64,000 nt of DNA from Octopus bimaculoides. Taxonomy: Eukaryota. Below the pieces are notes generated by a model, which searched no databases, had not been told where the DNA came from, and worked only from the letters and a program-made list of their open reading frames with translations. The stretch lies in contig NC_068982.1 in the NCBI RefSeq assembly GCF_001194135.2, positions 329,196 to 393,195 of the forward strand, given 5' to 3'. Positions 14,001 to 26,000 of the stretch are shown in pieces. The translations under genes and the position numbers were made by a program. Within the stretch, counting starts at the first letter, position 1, and the number at the start of each line of letters is the position of its first letter.

Positions 14001-17000
14001 CAATATTCATTTTCATCACTTATCCGAAGAAATGAAATTATATATCTTCTTTATTGCTTCCCATATCGGTGACAGACCTAATCTGTTGTTCAATTTAACA
14101 CCACTATTTAGCTTTCAGCTGTCTTTAGGAAAGCCAACTCTATTGCAAGTGTTTAGATCATGTCTCTGACCTGACGGTAATTAGATATCTTGATGTGGTA
14201 CTTTCTACTCTAGTAATCCATGAAGGATGGTTTCTTCCTCCTTTTCCCCATATGTTATTGCTGGTTCAATCTCCATGTCTTAGCACTTAATTATCATCTC
14301 CCAAAACCATTAGCCTAAAACCTAAGTTACTTTCAAATTTGAAATTAATTACTGAAGATTTTGAATTGATTCTGCAATTTTCAGATTCTCACCGTTATTT
14401 GTTGCTAAGATTTTATTATTAGAAGAGCTTCTTCTTATGACTTGCTTCGTTCATTTGTCGTTAGTTTCCTTACTTTGCTAATTAGTCGTAGTGTCAATCT
14501 TGAAAATATTTAAATTGGTTTGTTTGTATGTATAAAACTTTCTTCCACTTGTCTAAAATAAACCTCTGTGGTCAAGCACTCAGGTGCAAATCTAATCTAC
14601 GGTCAAGCACTCAGGTGCAAATCTAATCTACGGTCAAGCACTCAGGTTCAAATCTAATCAGTGGTCAAGCACTCAGGTGCAAATCTAATCTGACATTGTA
14701 ACTAATTTATAACAGCTTTTCTATTTTTTTCAAGCTTATCTAGTAAAATCTTTCTAGTCAGTAACACAGGTAATTCCGTTTTTAAGCTAATTTGAATATT
14801 TGATGGAATGCAATTGAAAATTGTTTCTGTTCAGTGAGGTGAATATTTTATGTTCTTTCCTTTCAGCGTTTGTCTTACTCCTAGTCCAGTTACACAGACC
14901 ACAACTCCCTCTGGTGTTACCTCAGAAAAACCCAATAATCATATTGCTGATTGTCTTGATCGTAATCCACTGCGACCTTTCAATGATCTCGACTTTTCAA
15001 ATATTTTCCCAAAGACTAATGGTGTTAGTGGTGGATTCTCAAGTTATAAAGAAAACGATGAGAGCGGTTCTTTCAGTATCTCTGACACAAATCTACAAAG
15101 TACCTCTTCCAAAAATGAAAGCAAGCAGAGCAATAGTAGCAATGAAAGCCAAAATAAAGAAATTCCTTTTCAGCAATATGAAAAATCTGATCAATCTTTG
15201 AGTATAGTATTCCAAGACTCAGGCTGTGAAGAGAAGGGACTTAGCAGTTATGACAATTCAACACAACTGCTCTTTCCTAGTGAGAAACACTTGACTGTTG
15301 ATGACATTAAATCAACGAACCAAGTGGCTTGTAAAAAAGATAATAATAACTCAAAAAACAAGAAAAACAATAGTCCTAAAATGTATCTCTATATACAAAT
15401 GATGTTGTGTAAGCGTGAAACATTAAAAGACTGGCTCACACAACATACAGAGAAGCGGAATCCTGAAGTTGTTTTAGATTACTTTGATCAAATTGTTGAA
15501 GCTGTGGATTATGTACATAAGAAAGGAGTTTTGCACAGAGATCTGAAAGTAAGGAAATGATTTTTTTTTTTTTTATATCCATTTTACATCTCTTTTAGTA
15601 AATGTTTTTCATCTTTTCATTAAAAAAGTGTGCAAATGCAGATCATTATACATGGAAGTTGGATCATATGTAGGTTTTGACAGTAGGGTCTCAAACTCCT
15701 GGAAGTATGCTTAACCATTCATAGCCAAAACTGTGTTGTATCTGAACTAAGATATTTGACTCTCAACAGCTTAGTTTGCCTAACTCTTAGTTATCATTGC
15801 TGGATGCATTGTCGAAAAGTACAACAACTCTCTAGAACTGATTGGTTCATTTAAGCCTGTTTTCCATGCTGGCATGGGTTGGACAATTTGACAGGGGCTG
15901 GCAAGACTAGTGGGTGGGGGACACACACGAAGTTCCATTGTCTGTTTTGGCATGGTTTCTATGGCTGGATACCCTTCTTAATGTCAACCACTTTACAGAG
16001 TGTACTGGGTGTTTTGTTATGTGGCACCATCACCGATAGGGTCACCAGGTAACTTGCATGACAAAACCCTCTCAACAGGGAAGTGGGGAGTAGTATTAAG
16101 GGTGTGTAGCTTTGTGCCAGTTGAGAGATTTAAGGTAAAGATGGGGGACAGATACAAGTGTGTCTTGCTGTAGCTACATGGATACCCCAAAGGGGAGTGA
16201 GTTAGAGAGTAAGATAAAGGGGTGGCTAAGTTTAGTTTGTTCCTTAGGAAAAACTACATGCAATTGAACAATGTTCTCTGCATATTTCTCATATTCAGCT
16301 AAACCATCTCTCACTATAATCCAGTTATGGATAGATGTTTATTGATGGTGACCTCATTTGCTATTCAATCTACTCAAAGTCCTATGGGGGTCGAAGGCTG
16401 GCAATGTGGATGGCCCTAACCTGTTTGAAGCAGAAGATTACAATTTTCATCTGTCTTCTGGGCTTCAGACTGTGCAGAATTGCAGTGGGGCTGCATAGTA
16501 ATCTAGAAGGCCATGGATAGAAAGTCAGAAATTCTGTTGGCAGTGAGGAAACACAAATAGATGGTAATCATATGTGAAGATGGTGCAATTACCATATATA
16601 CATGTGTGTGTGTATGTGTGTGTATATGTATGTATATATATTTATATACACACACACACATGTATATATGTGTGTGTGTATATATACCTATCTATATATT
16701 TGGAATTTACAAGAAAACAAAAGATGAAGACGGGTGTATAAACAACAAACAGGTATATTAGTTTAATGCTTGGGAAGGTGAGAAAGTCTTTTATGTTTCG
16801 AGCCTAGGCTCTTCATCGGAAAGGAACACAAGAAAATAAACAGAGAGCGAATACAAAAATGGTTTACTGGTTAGCAATGTGTATGAATATTTTAGATGTT
16901 CCATACTTAATGTGTTTCATTTAAATGCTTCTAGGCTCCAGCATTTTGTCCATGGGAAGTCCCTTTAACCCTTTAGCATTCAGATTCCTTTGTCAAATGT

Positions 17001-20000
17001 ATTGCTTATTTATTCACATTGTTTTGTGTTAATCATGAATTATGTTATAGCTTTGAAATTTTGATGACATGATTGTTTATTTTTATAGTGACATTGTAGG
17101 ATAGGTGTGAGGGGCTGGATCTGGCCAGTTTGAACATAAAATAAGTAGAATATTTGGGGCTGAATACAGCTGGTTGAAATGTTAAAAGGTTAAGATGTAG
17201 AGTTTTAAACTCCACTGTTATGTCTCCAAACCAGGTGAAATGAATCACTTTGACAGGTGAATAAGTGAGAGAAATTGTTCTTTTACTGCTGTTTCAAATC
17301 ATTGGTGCTGAATATTTAAGTCACCTGTGAAACAAATTGAAATCGCTTGTCTGAGACATGTGCATAAAATCTATGTATTGATGTGCAACAGCACTATGCA
17401 AGTAGGAAGAAAAAATTAAATTTTGAGTCGGAAGCAGCTTTGATAATGTAGACATTTTGGATTAAACAAACTTAATGTGCTTTGTTTAAACATTTTGTAT
17501 AAGTTGCTTTGGTTTGAGGTCTACAGGTGCTTTTTAAAACTCTACGTCTTAAAGGGACTTTTCCTGGATGAAATATTGCAGCTGAAAAGTGTTTAAACAA
17601 AAGTTCCTGGCTTTAAACATATTACGGAAGGCCTGCTTGGAGGTTCAACCTTCCAAGTTCTTTTACAGGGTTTAGAAAAATTGAAGGACTGCCACAATAA
17701 ACGTGAAAATCTGAGAGGGGAATATGTTGAGAACAATCAATGATTTTTTTTTATAATGATATAATATACTCATTTATCAATTAAAGAATTTGTTAGAAAT
17801 GGCCGTAATGATTTGATACCTGTCCTTCAATTGTCACTTATTTATCCCAGAACATGACCCTCACATGGACTATATATTTAATAAATTGTACATGTCTGAA
17901 TAGCTCAAGAGTGGATTATATACTCAGCCGGGTCAAATTGATTGAATACATCAGCCGAATATCATTCTGCCAGTACTCCTCTACCAAAGTTGGTACAGGT
18001 GTACCATCTAAACATTACTGTGCTTGCATTTTATTCCATCCTAACTAGGTGCCTTAACCTTATTCCACTGAGTGTCCCAGCATGGCCACAGCCTTAGGGC
18101 TAAAACATAAAAGATTCATCATCATCATTGTTTAACATCTGCTTTCCATGCTGGCATGGGTTGGACAGTCCAACTGTGGTCTGGCAAGCCAGGAGGCTGC
18201 ACCAGGCTCCAATCTGATCTGGCAAAATTTCTACAGCTGGATACCCTTCCTGACACCAACCACTCTGAGAGAGTACTGAGTGCTTTTTATCTGCCACCGG
18301 CACAAGGGCCAGTCAGGCGGTACTGGCATTGACCACACTTGAATGGTGCTTTTTACGTGCCATTGGCATGAGATCAGTCAAGTGGCACTGGCATTGACCA
18401 CGCTTGGATGGTGCTTTTTATGTGCCACCAATCAGGTGGTACTGTCATCGGCCATGACAACAACTTCACTTGACTCAACAAGTCTTCGCAAGTACAATTT
18501 ATTGCCCAATGATTGAAGCGTACTCTTAAATGGGTCGGTTATGCTACACTGGCACAGGCCACGGTTATGGTTACTTGGCTTGCTGGATCTTCTCAAGCAC
18601 AGCATATTTCCAAAGGTCTCGCTCACTTGTCATCGCCTCTGTTAAGCCCAACATTCAAAGGTCGTGCTTCACCACCTCATCCCAGGTCTTCCTGGGCCTA
18701 CCTCTTCCACAGGTTCCCTCATCTGCTAGGGTGTGACACTTTTTCACTCAGCTATCCTCGTCCATTTTCACCACATAACCATACCAGCGCAGTTGTCTCT
18801 CTTGCACACCACATCTGATGCTTCTTAAATCCAACTTTTCTCTCAGGGCGCTTACATTCTGTCATGTATGCACACTGACATTACACATCAAGTGGAGCAT
18901 ACTGGCTTCATTCTTTGCAAGCATGTCGATATCCTCAGCAGTCATAGCCCATGTTTCACTGCCATGTAGCATGGCTGTTCACACACACATGCGTCATACA
19001 GTCTACCTTTTACTCTGAGCAAGAGACCCTTTGTCACCAATAGGTAGGAGCTCTCTCAACTTTGCCCAGGCTATTCTTATTCTAGCAGCTACACTCTCAG
19101 AGCATCCACCCCTGCTACTGACTAAAACATGAAAGAAACAAGGGTTAAAACATAAAAGACTATATATATATATATATATATNNNNNNNNNNNNNNNNNNN
19201 NNNNNNNNNNNNNNNNNNNNNNNNNNNNNNNNNNNNNNNNNNNNNNNNNNNNNNNNNNNNNNNNNNNNNNNNNNNNNNNNNNNNNNNNNNNNNNNNNNNN
19301 NNNNNNNNNNNNNNNNNNNNNNNNNNNNNNNNNNNNNNNNNNNNNNNNNNNNNNNNNNNNNNNNNNNNNNNNNNNNNNNNNNNNNNNNNNNNNNNNNNNN
19401 NNNNNNNNNNNNNNNNNNNNNNNNNNNNNNNNNNNNNNNNNNNNNNNNNNNNNNNNNNNNNNNNNNNNNNNNNNNNNNNNNNNNNNNNNNNNNNNNNNNN
19501 NNNNNNNNNNNNNNNNNNNNNNNNNNNNNNNNNNNNNNNNNNNNNNNNNNNNNNNNNNNNNNNNNNNNNNNNNNNNNNNNNNNNNNNNNNNNNNNNNNNN
19601 NNNNNNNNNNNNNNNNNNNNNNNNNNNNNNNNNNNNNNNNNNNNNNNNNNNNNNNNNNNNNNNNNNNNNNNNNNNNNNNNNNNNNNNNNNNNNNNNNNNN
19701 NNNNNNNNNNNNNNNNNNNNNNNNNNNNNNNNNNNNNNNNNNNNNNNNNNNNNNNNGCCTCAACTTCTGAGATTAATTTGACACTGGTTGGTGACCATAT
19801 CTGAGAGCAATAGTCAAAGTGGCTTAGGACAAGTGTCCTCCAGAGGACCATCATGGTTTCCCGATCTCTTGTTCTAAAAGTCCTAAGAACCCATCCGGTC
19901 AGTCGCCTGCATTTCATTGCCAACTTAGCAACATGTACGTGGAAGGATGCATCATTACTCATGTAAATACCCAGGTCTCGCACTGACTGTGTCTCTGGGA

Positions 20001-23000
20001 TTGCAATCCTTCCAGGTCCAGTGTATTTAATGGGTATTGCATTTAGTTTTGCATGCTGATAGCACAAGGCTTAAAACTTTTCAGCATTAAACTGCATGCT
20101 ATTCTTCTCAGCCCACTCATATATTTCATCCAATTCACTCACATTGCAGTTTTGTATCATCTGCATAACTTGTAATTGTGGCTCTCTGTGTGGTTGAGGA
20201 CATGTCTGAGAGGACCATTATGAACAGTAGTGGTCCCAAAACAGTGCCTTGTGGAACACCGCTCACTATTTGCATCTCATTGGAGGTGGCCCCATTGGCT
20301 ACTACCACCTGACTTCTTTCCTTCAGAAAATCATGCAGCCATTCTCCCAATTTCCTGACTATGCAATAATTGAATTACGAACAAGGCTTATGAGTAGCAC
20401 GGCAATCTATGTTTCCGATTAACCTAGGAATAGAAAATCAAATTGAAGGCTTGATGCTATTGTGGAGTTCGTTGCACTTTAATGATCATACAGGGTGAAA
20501 AACTAGAGGTAGTCGATAGCTTCCGCTATCTGGGCGACCAAGTTAGTAGTGGGGGTGGGTGCGCTGAAAGTGTAGCTGCTAGAATAAGAATAGCCTGGGC
20601 AAAGTTTAGAGAGCTCTTACCCCTGCTGGCGACAAAGGGACTCTCACTCAGAGTAAAAGGCAGACTGTATGACGCATGCGTACGAACAACCATGCTACAT
20701 GGCAGTGAAACATGGGCTGTAACTGCTGAGGACATACGTAAGCTCGCAAGGAATGAAGCCAGTATGCTCCGTTGGATGTGTAATGTCAATGTGAATACCC
20801 GTCAGAGTGTAAGTATCTTGAGAGAAAAGCTGAACATTAGAAGCATCAGTTGTGGTGTGCAAGAGAGACGATTGCGCTGGTATGGACATGTGGTGAGAAT
20901 GGAGGAGGATAGCTGCGTGAAAAAGTGCCACACCCTAACAGTTGAGGGAACCCGTGGAAGAGGTAGGCCCAGGNNNNNNNNNNNNNNNNNNNNNNNNNNN
21001 NNNNNNNNNNNNNNNNNNNNNNNNNNNNNNNNNNNNNNNNNNNNNNNNNNNNNNNNNNNNNNNNNNNNNNNNNNNNNNNNNNNNNNNNNNNNNNNNNNNN
21101 NNNNNNNNNNNNNNNNNNNNNNNNNNNNNNNNNNNNNNNNNNNNNNNNNNNNNNNNNNNNNNNNNNNCTGGGCTGAGGTGGTGAGGCAAGACCTTCGTAC
21201 ATTGGGCCTCACCGAGGCGATGACTACTGACCGAGACCTTTGGAAATGGGCTGTGCGTGAGAAGACCCGGCAAGCCAAGTAAGATCGTTGCCAGTGCCCC
21301 TGGACTGGTTCTTGTGCGGGTGGCACATGAGATGCACCATTTTGAGCGTGGCCGTTGCCAGTACTGCTGGACTGGTTCCTATATATATATATATCATTAT
21401 TTAATGTCCGTTGTCCATGCTGGAATGGGTCAGACAGTTTGACCGGGGCTGGCCAGCTGGAAGGCTGCACCAGACCCCAGTCTGATTTGGCAGGGTTTTC
21501 TATGGCTGGATGCCCTTCCCGATGCCAACCACTCCGAGAATGTAATGGGTGCTATTACATGGCACCGGCACAGGTGCCATTTGCGTGACACCAGGGTGTG
21601 TTTACATGCCACTGACACGGGTGCCAATTTGTGTGACACCGGTATCTGCCATGACTGATTTTGCTCAGCTTGATGGATTTTCTTTTCAAGCACGACATAG
21701 TGCCAAAGGTCTTGGTCATTGCCTCCATGAAGCCCAACGTTCCATAGTTGATTCTTTATGTGCCATCAGCACAGGTGCATTTGGCTTGATGAGTCCCCTC
21801 AAGCACAGGACATCACAAAAGGTTTCTGTCACTAGTCATTGCCTCTATGAGGCTCAAAGTTCGAAGACCATGCTTCACCACCTCGTCCCATGTCTTTACC
21901 ACAGGTTCTCTCCACAATTAGAGATCGACACTTCTTTACAAAGCTGTTCTTGTCTATACACATCACATGACCATACCAGCACAGTTGTCTCTCTTACACA
22001 GCACATCTGATTCTTCTTAACTTTTCTCTGAAGATACTTTCACTCTGTCGAACATGCACACTGACATTGCACATCCAGTGAAGCATACTGGTTTTATTTC
22101 TCCGAAGCCTACACATGTCCTCGGTTGTTACAGCCCATGTTTTACTGCCATGCAGCACAGTTGTTTTCACACAGGCATCAGACAATCTATCTTTCCTCCC
22201 AGAGAGAGGTCCTTTGTTGCCAGCAGGGGTAGGAGCTCTCTGAACTTTGCCCAGCCTAATCTTATTCTCACAGCTACACTCTAGGAGCCTCCATCTCCAC
22301 TACTAACCTGGTCACCTAGATACCAGAAGCTATCTACTACCTCTAGGTTACCCCACTGGCAGTTGATGGAGTCTATTTTCTGTGCATTTTCAGTGTTTAT
22401 TGTACCTGTGCACCTTCCACATATAATAGTTAGTTTCCTTGTTAACCTCCCTTTGATGTTGCTGCACCTTTTATGTGTCCAAAGCTTACACTGGGTGCAT
22501 CTTATGGAGTTTCTACCTACACCTTTCATACAGATTGAGTAGGGCCATCCACCTGAAGTGATATGATTTGTCTGCCTTCCTACTTACTAGACTTGGGTTT
22601 TTACCAGGTAACTTTAAGACTCTTTGATTCTAGACCCAACTTCCATACTTGGAAATGCATGTATATATAGAGAGGAAAGTTCTTATGAGACGGTGTACGA
22701 AGATTGTAAACCGTCTCAACAGAGAAACCAATAGCAGTGAGAAACCCCACCTGCTTGAGATTGAGAAACGACTGAAGCACTCCCACGAGGAGGAAAGAGC
22801 AGACAGAAGCCCAGGTGATAAAAATATAAAATCAGACCCTAAAGCCTTCTTTAGGTATGCCAAGGAGACTGCTTCTATGCATTGCAGGGTAGAGCCACTC
22901 CTCCAAAAAGATGGTTCCCTCAAGGAAAACCCAACGAGGATAAGGGAAACACTGAATGAACCGTTCAAAAGTGTCTTCATCCCACCTCTGTGGCACATGC

Positions 23001-26000
23001 AAGTTGGCAAACCTGTGGAATTCTTTAACGCTACAGAAGCTGAATGGGAGGCAGTAACAATTGATTACATCAACATTGAAGAAAAGGATGTAATGCTAGC
23101 AGTAGATGATGTAGATGCCATCCCGGCTGCTGGCCATGATGGATTCCCAGCAATCCTCCTCAAGACATGAAAATAAATCCTTGCAAAACCATTGCAGCTA
23201 CTGGACAAACTAAAGGTGTGTGTGGGGGGGGGGGAATAATATGCCCTGTCTATAAAGGAGAAAGCAGAGCAGATGCTAAAACCTGTTTCTCTCACCTCAC
23301 ACATCAGCAAAGTCATGGAATGAATAATCCGAGGGAAATAAATTGCATTCCTTGAAGAGAACGACTGACATCCAGCATGGTTTTCGACCAGGTAGAAGCT
23401 GTCTGGCACAGCTCTTGCAGCATTACGATTGGGTGCTAAAGCAGCTGCTCAACAACTCAAATGTGGACGTAATGTATCTTGACTTTGCAAAAACCTTTGA
23501 CAAAGTCAATCATTTTATTTGTCACAAGCTGTGAAGTGTTGGCATAGCTGGAAAACTTGGAGAATGGTTACAGGGTTTTCTAAAAGAGAGAAGTCAGGTA
23601 GTGGTTGTCAATGCGGCCACCTCTGAGGAAGCACAAATAATGAGTGGGGTTCCACAGGACACTGTCCTGGAGCTGCTACTAATCATAGTGGCCCTCTCTG
23701 ATATGCCCTCCCCTGCTCGAGTAGCTACCCTTGATAGCTGTTCTGATGATGCCAAAGTCTCTCAGAGGATACAGAACTCTGGAGACATTGTGCATCTGCA
23801 ATGTGAAGTGGACACAATATACAGGTGGGCTGAGGAAAATAACATGCAGTTTAATGCTGGAAAATTCTAAGCTCTGCACTACCAATACAAGAAGTTCAAG
23901 GAAAATCAGACTGGATACTGGCCCCAAGGGGGATTCCAATTCTCGAACCAAAATCAACATGTGTTCTGGGCATCACTTTAGTGATCGGGTCTCACTTTAG
24001 TTACCAGGTCTTCTCAATCACAGCATATCTCCAAAAGTCTTGGCCTCCTGTCATTGCCTCTATGAGGCCCAATGTTTGAAGGTCATGCTTCACCACCTCA
24101 TCCCATGTCTTCCTGGGTCTACCTCTTCCACAGGTTCTTTTTACAGTTAGGGTGTGACACTTCCTCGCACAGCTCTCCTCATCCATACGTAACACATGAC
24201 CATACCAGTGTAGTCGTGTCTCTTGCACACCACATCTGATGCTTCTTATGTCCAATTTTCCTCTCAGGGTGCTCACACTGTCGTGAATGCACACTGACAT
24301 TACCCATCCAGCAGAGAATACTAGCTTCATTTCTTTCAAGCCTACGCATGTCCTCAGCAGTCACAGCCCATGTTTCACTGCCATGTAGTATGGCTGTTCG
24401 CACACATGCGTCATACAGTCTACCTTTCATCCTGAGCGAGAGGCCCTTAGTTGCCAGTAGAGGTAAGAGCTCCCTGAACTTTGCCCAGGCTATTCTTATT
24501 CCAGCCGCTACACACTCAGAGCAATCACCCCTTGGTCACCTACGTAATGGAAGCTATCAACTACTTCTAGTTTCTTCCCCTGGCATGTGACCCTGGTGTT
24601 GGTGGGCTTACATTCCAGTAACTTAGTGGTTCAGCAAAAGGTAACAATAGAATAAGTACCAGGCTTTAAAACCTAGTCCTGGGCTTGATTCAGTCAACTA
24701 AAAATTCTTGTAGGTACTGCCCCAGCATGGCCATAGTCCAATGACTGAAACAAGTAAAAAAATGATATTTAAAATGTATGATTACTTTTCATTGTTCCGT
24801 CAGTGTTTTTCTACTGTTTTACAATTGGATTTATATTTTTCATTTTTCGTTTTGGCAGCCTTCAAATATTTTATTTTCTAAGGATGGTTTAATAAAAGTT
24901 GGGGATTTTGGATTGGCAACAGCCATGACCAACTTTTTAGAGTCAGAAGCAAAAGTAACAGATAACATGAAAGAAACAACAGACACTGATGAATATGTAA
25001 ATGTATCCTATAAACGCCATACTGGTGGTGTGGGCACGCAAATATATATGAGTCCTGAGTTGGTAAGTTTTCTCTTTTCTTTATATCAAATAGGAATGAT
25101 TTTTTATCAATCAAGTTCTGCAATTTCTCAAACTAAATTTATAATTTCAATTTCCTTTGAAGTTCTAAGAACAATTTTATCTGTAAATAAACTTCTTAAG
25201 AACTAAAAGCATAAAGATAACACCTCTGAAAAGCAATTGCTGATGGTTATGAAATCTCGTAAAGTATTTATCATTAGTGTCAGGTGTTCAAGAAATGCAA
25301 TTAAAATTTCAGTAGCAGTAAATCATTTTAATTATAATACTCTTTTGGTTAAGAGTTTGGAAAGCATTGTAGTTTTCTTAAAAGTTCTTCAACTAATTCA
25401 TTTCCATACACAACAGCAATTATTGCAATAAATTACATATTTGTCTGTTCTTTTATGACAAATGTCCTTTCTCTTTCTTTTAGGGAATTTTTGTCTCTGT
25501 TTTGATTTGTAGTTTATTGATGGTTTATCTAGTATTGTGAAGGCACGTGGCTCAGTGTTTAGAGTGCCAGGCTCACAATCATGAGGTAGTGAGTTTGATT
25601 CTCAGACCGGGCTGTGTGTTGTGTTCTTGAGCAAGACACTTTATTTCATATTGCCAAGTTGTATCAGGTTTTGTCTTTCCCTTGGATAACATTGGTGATG
25701 TGGAGAAGGGAGGCTGGAGTGCATGGGTGACCGCTGCTCTTCCATAAACAACCGTGCCCAGACTTGTGCCGTGGAGGGGAACTTTCTAGGGGGTCTTTAT
25801 CCTTTTATCTAGTATTAAAAATTCTGTAAAAAGAAAATAGGTTTAATCCTTTAGCGTTCAGATGACCTTGTCGAATGTAACGTTTATTTATTTGCATTGT
25901 TTTCAAATAATCATGGATTATCTCATAGCTTCAAGATTTTCATGTTTGCTTATTTTTAGAATTTTAGGCTAGGTGTAAGAGGCTGGATCTGACCAGTTTG

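Noticed and set aside
14570-14691. 31-bp repeats as a possible CRISPR array
   Set aside because: Units are directly adjacent with no unique spacers, there are no cas genes, and the context is a eukaryotic intron
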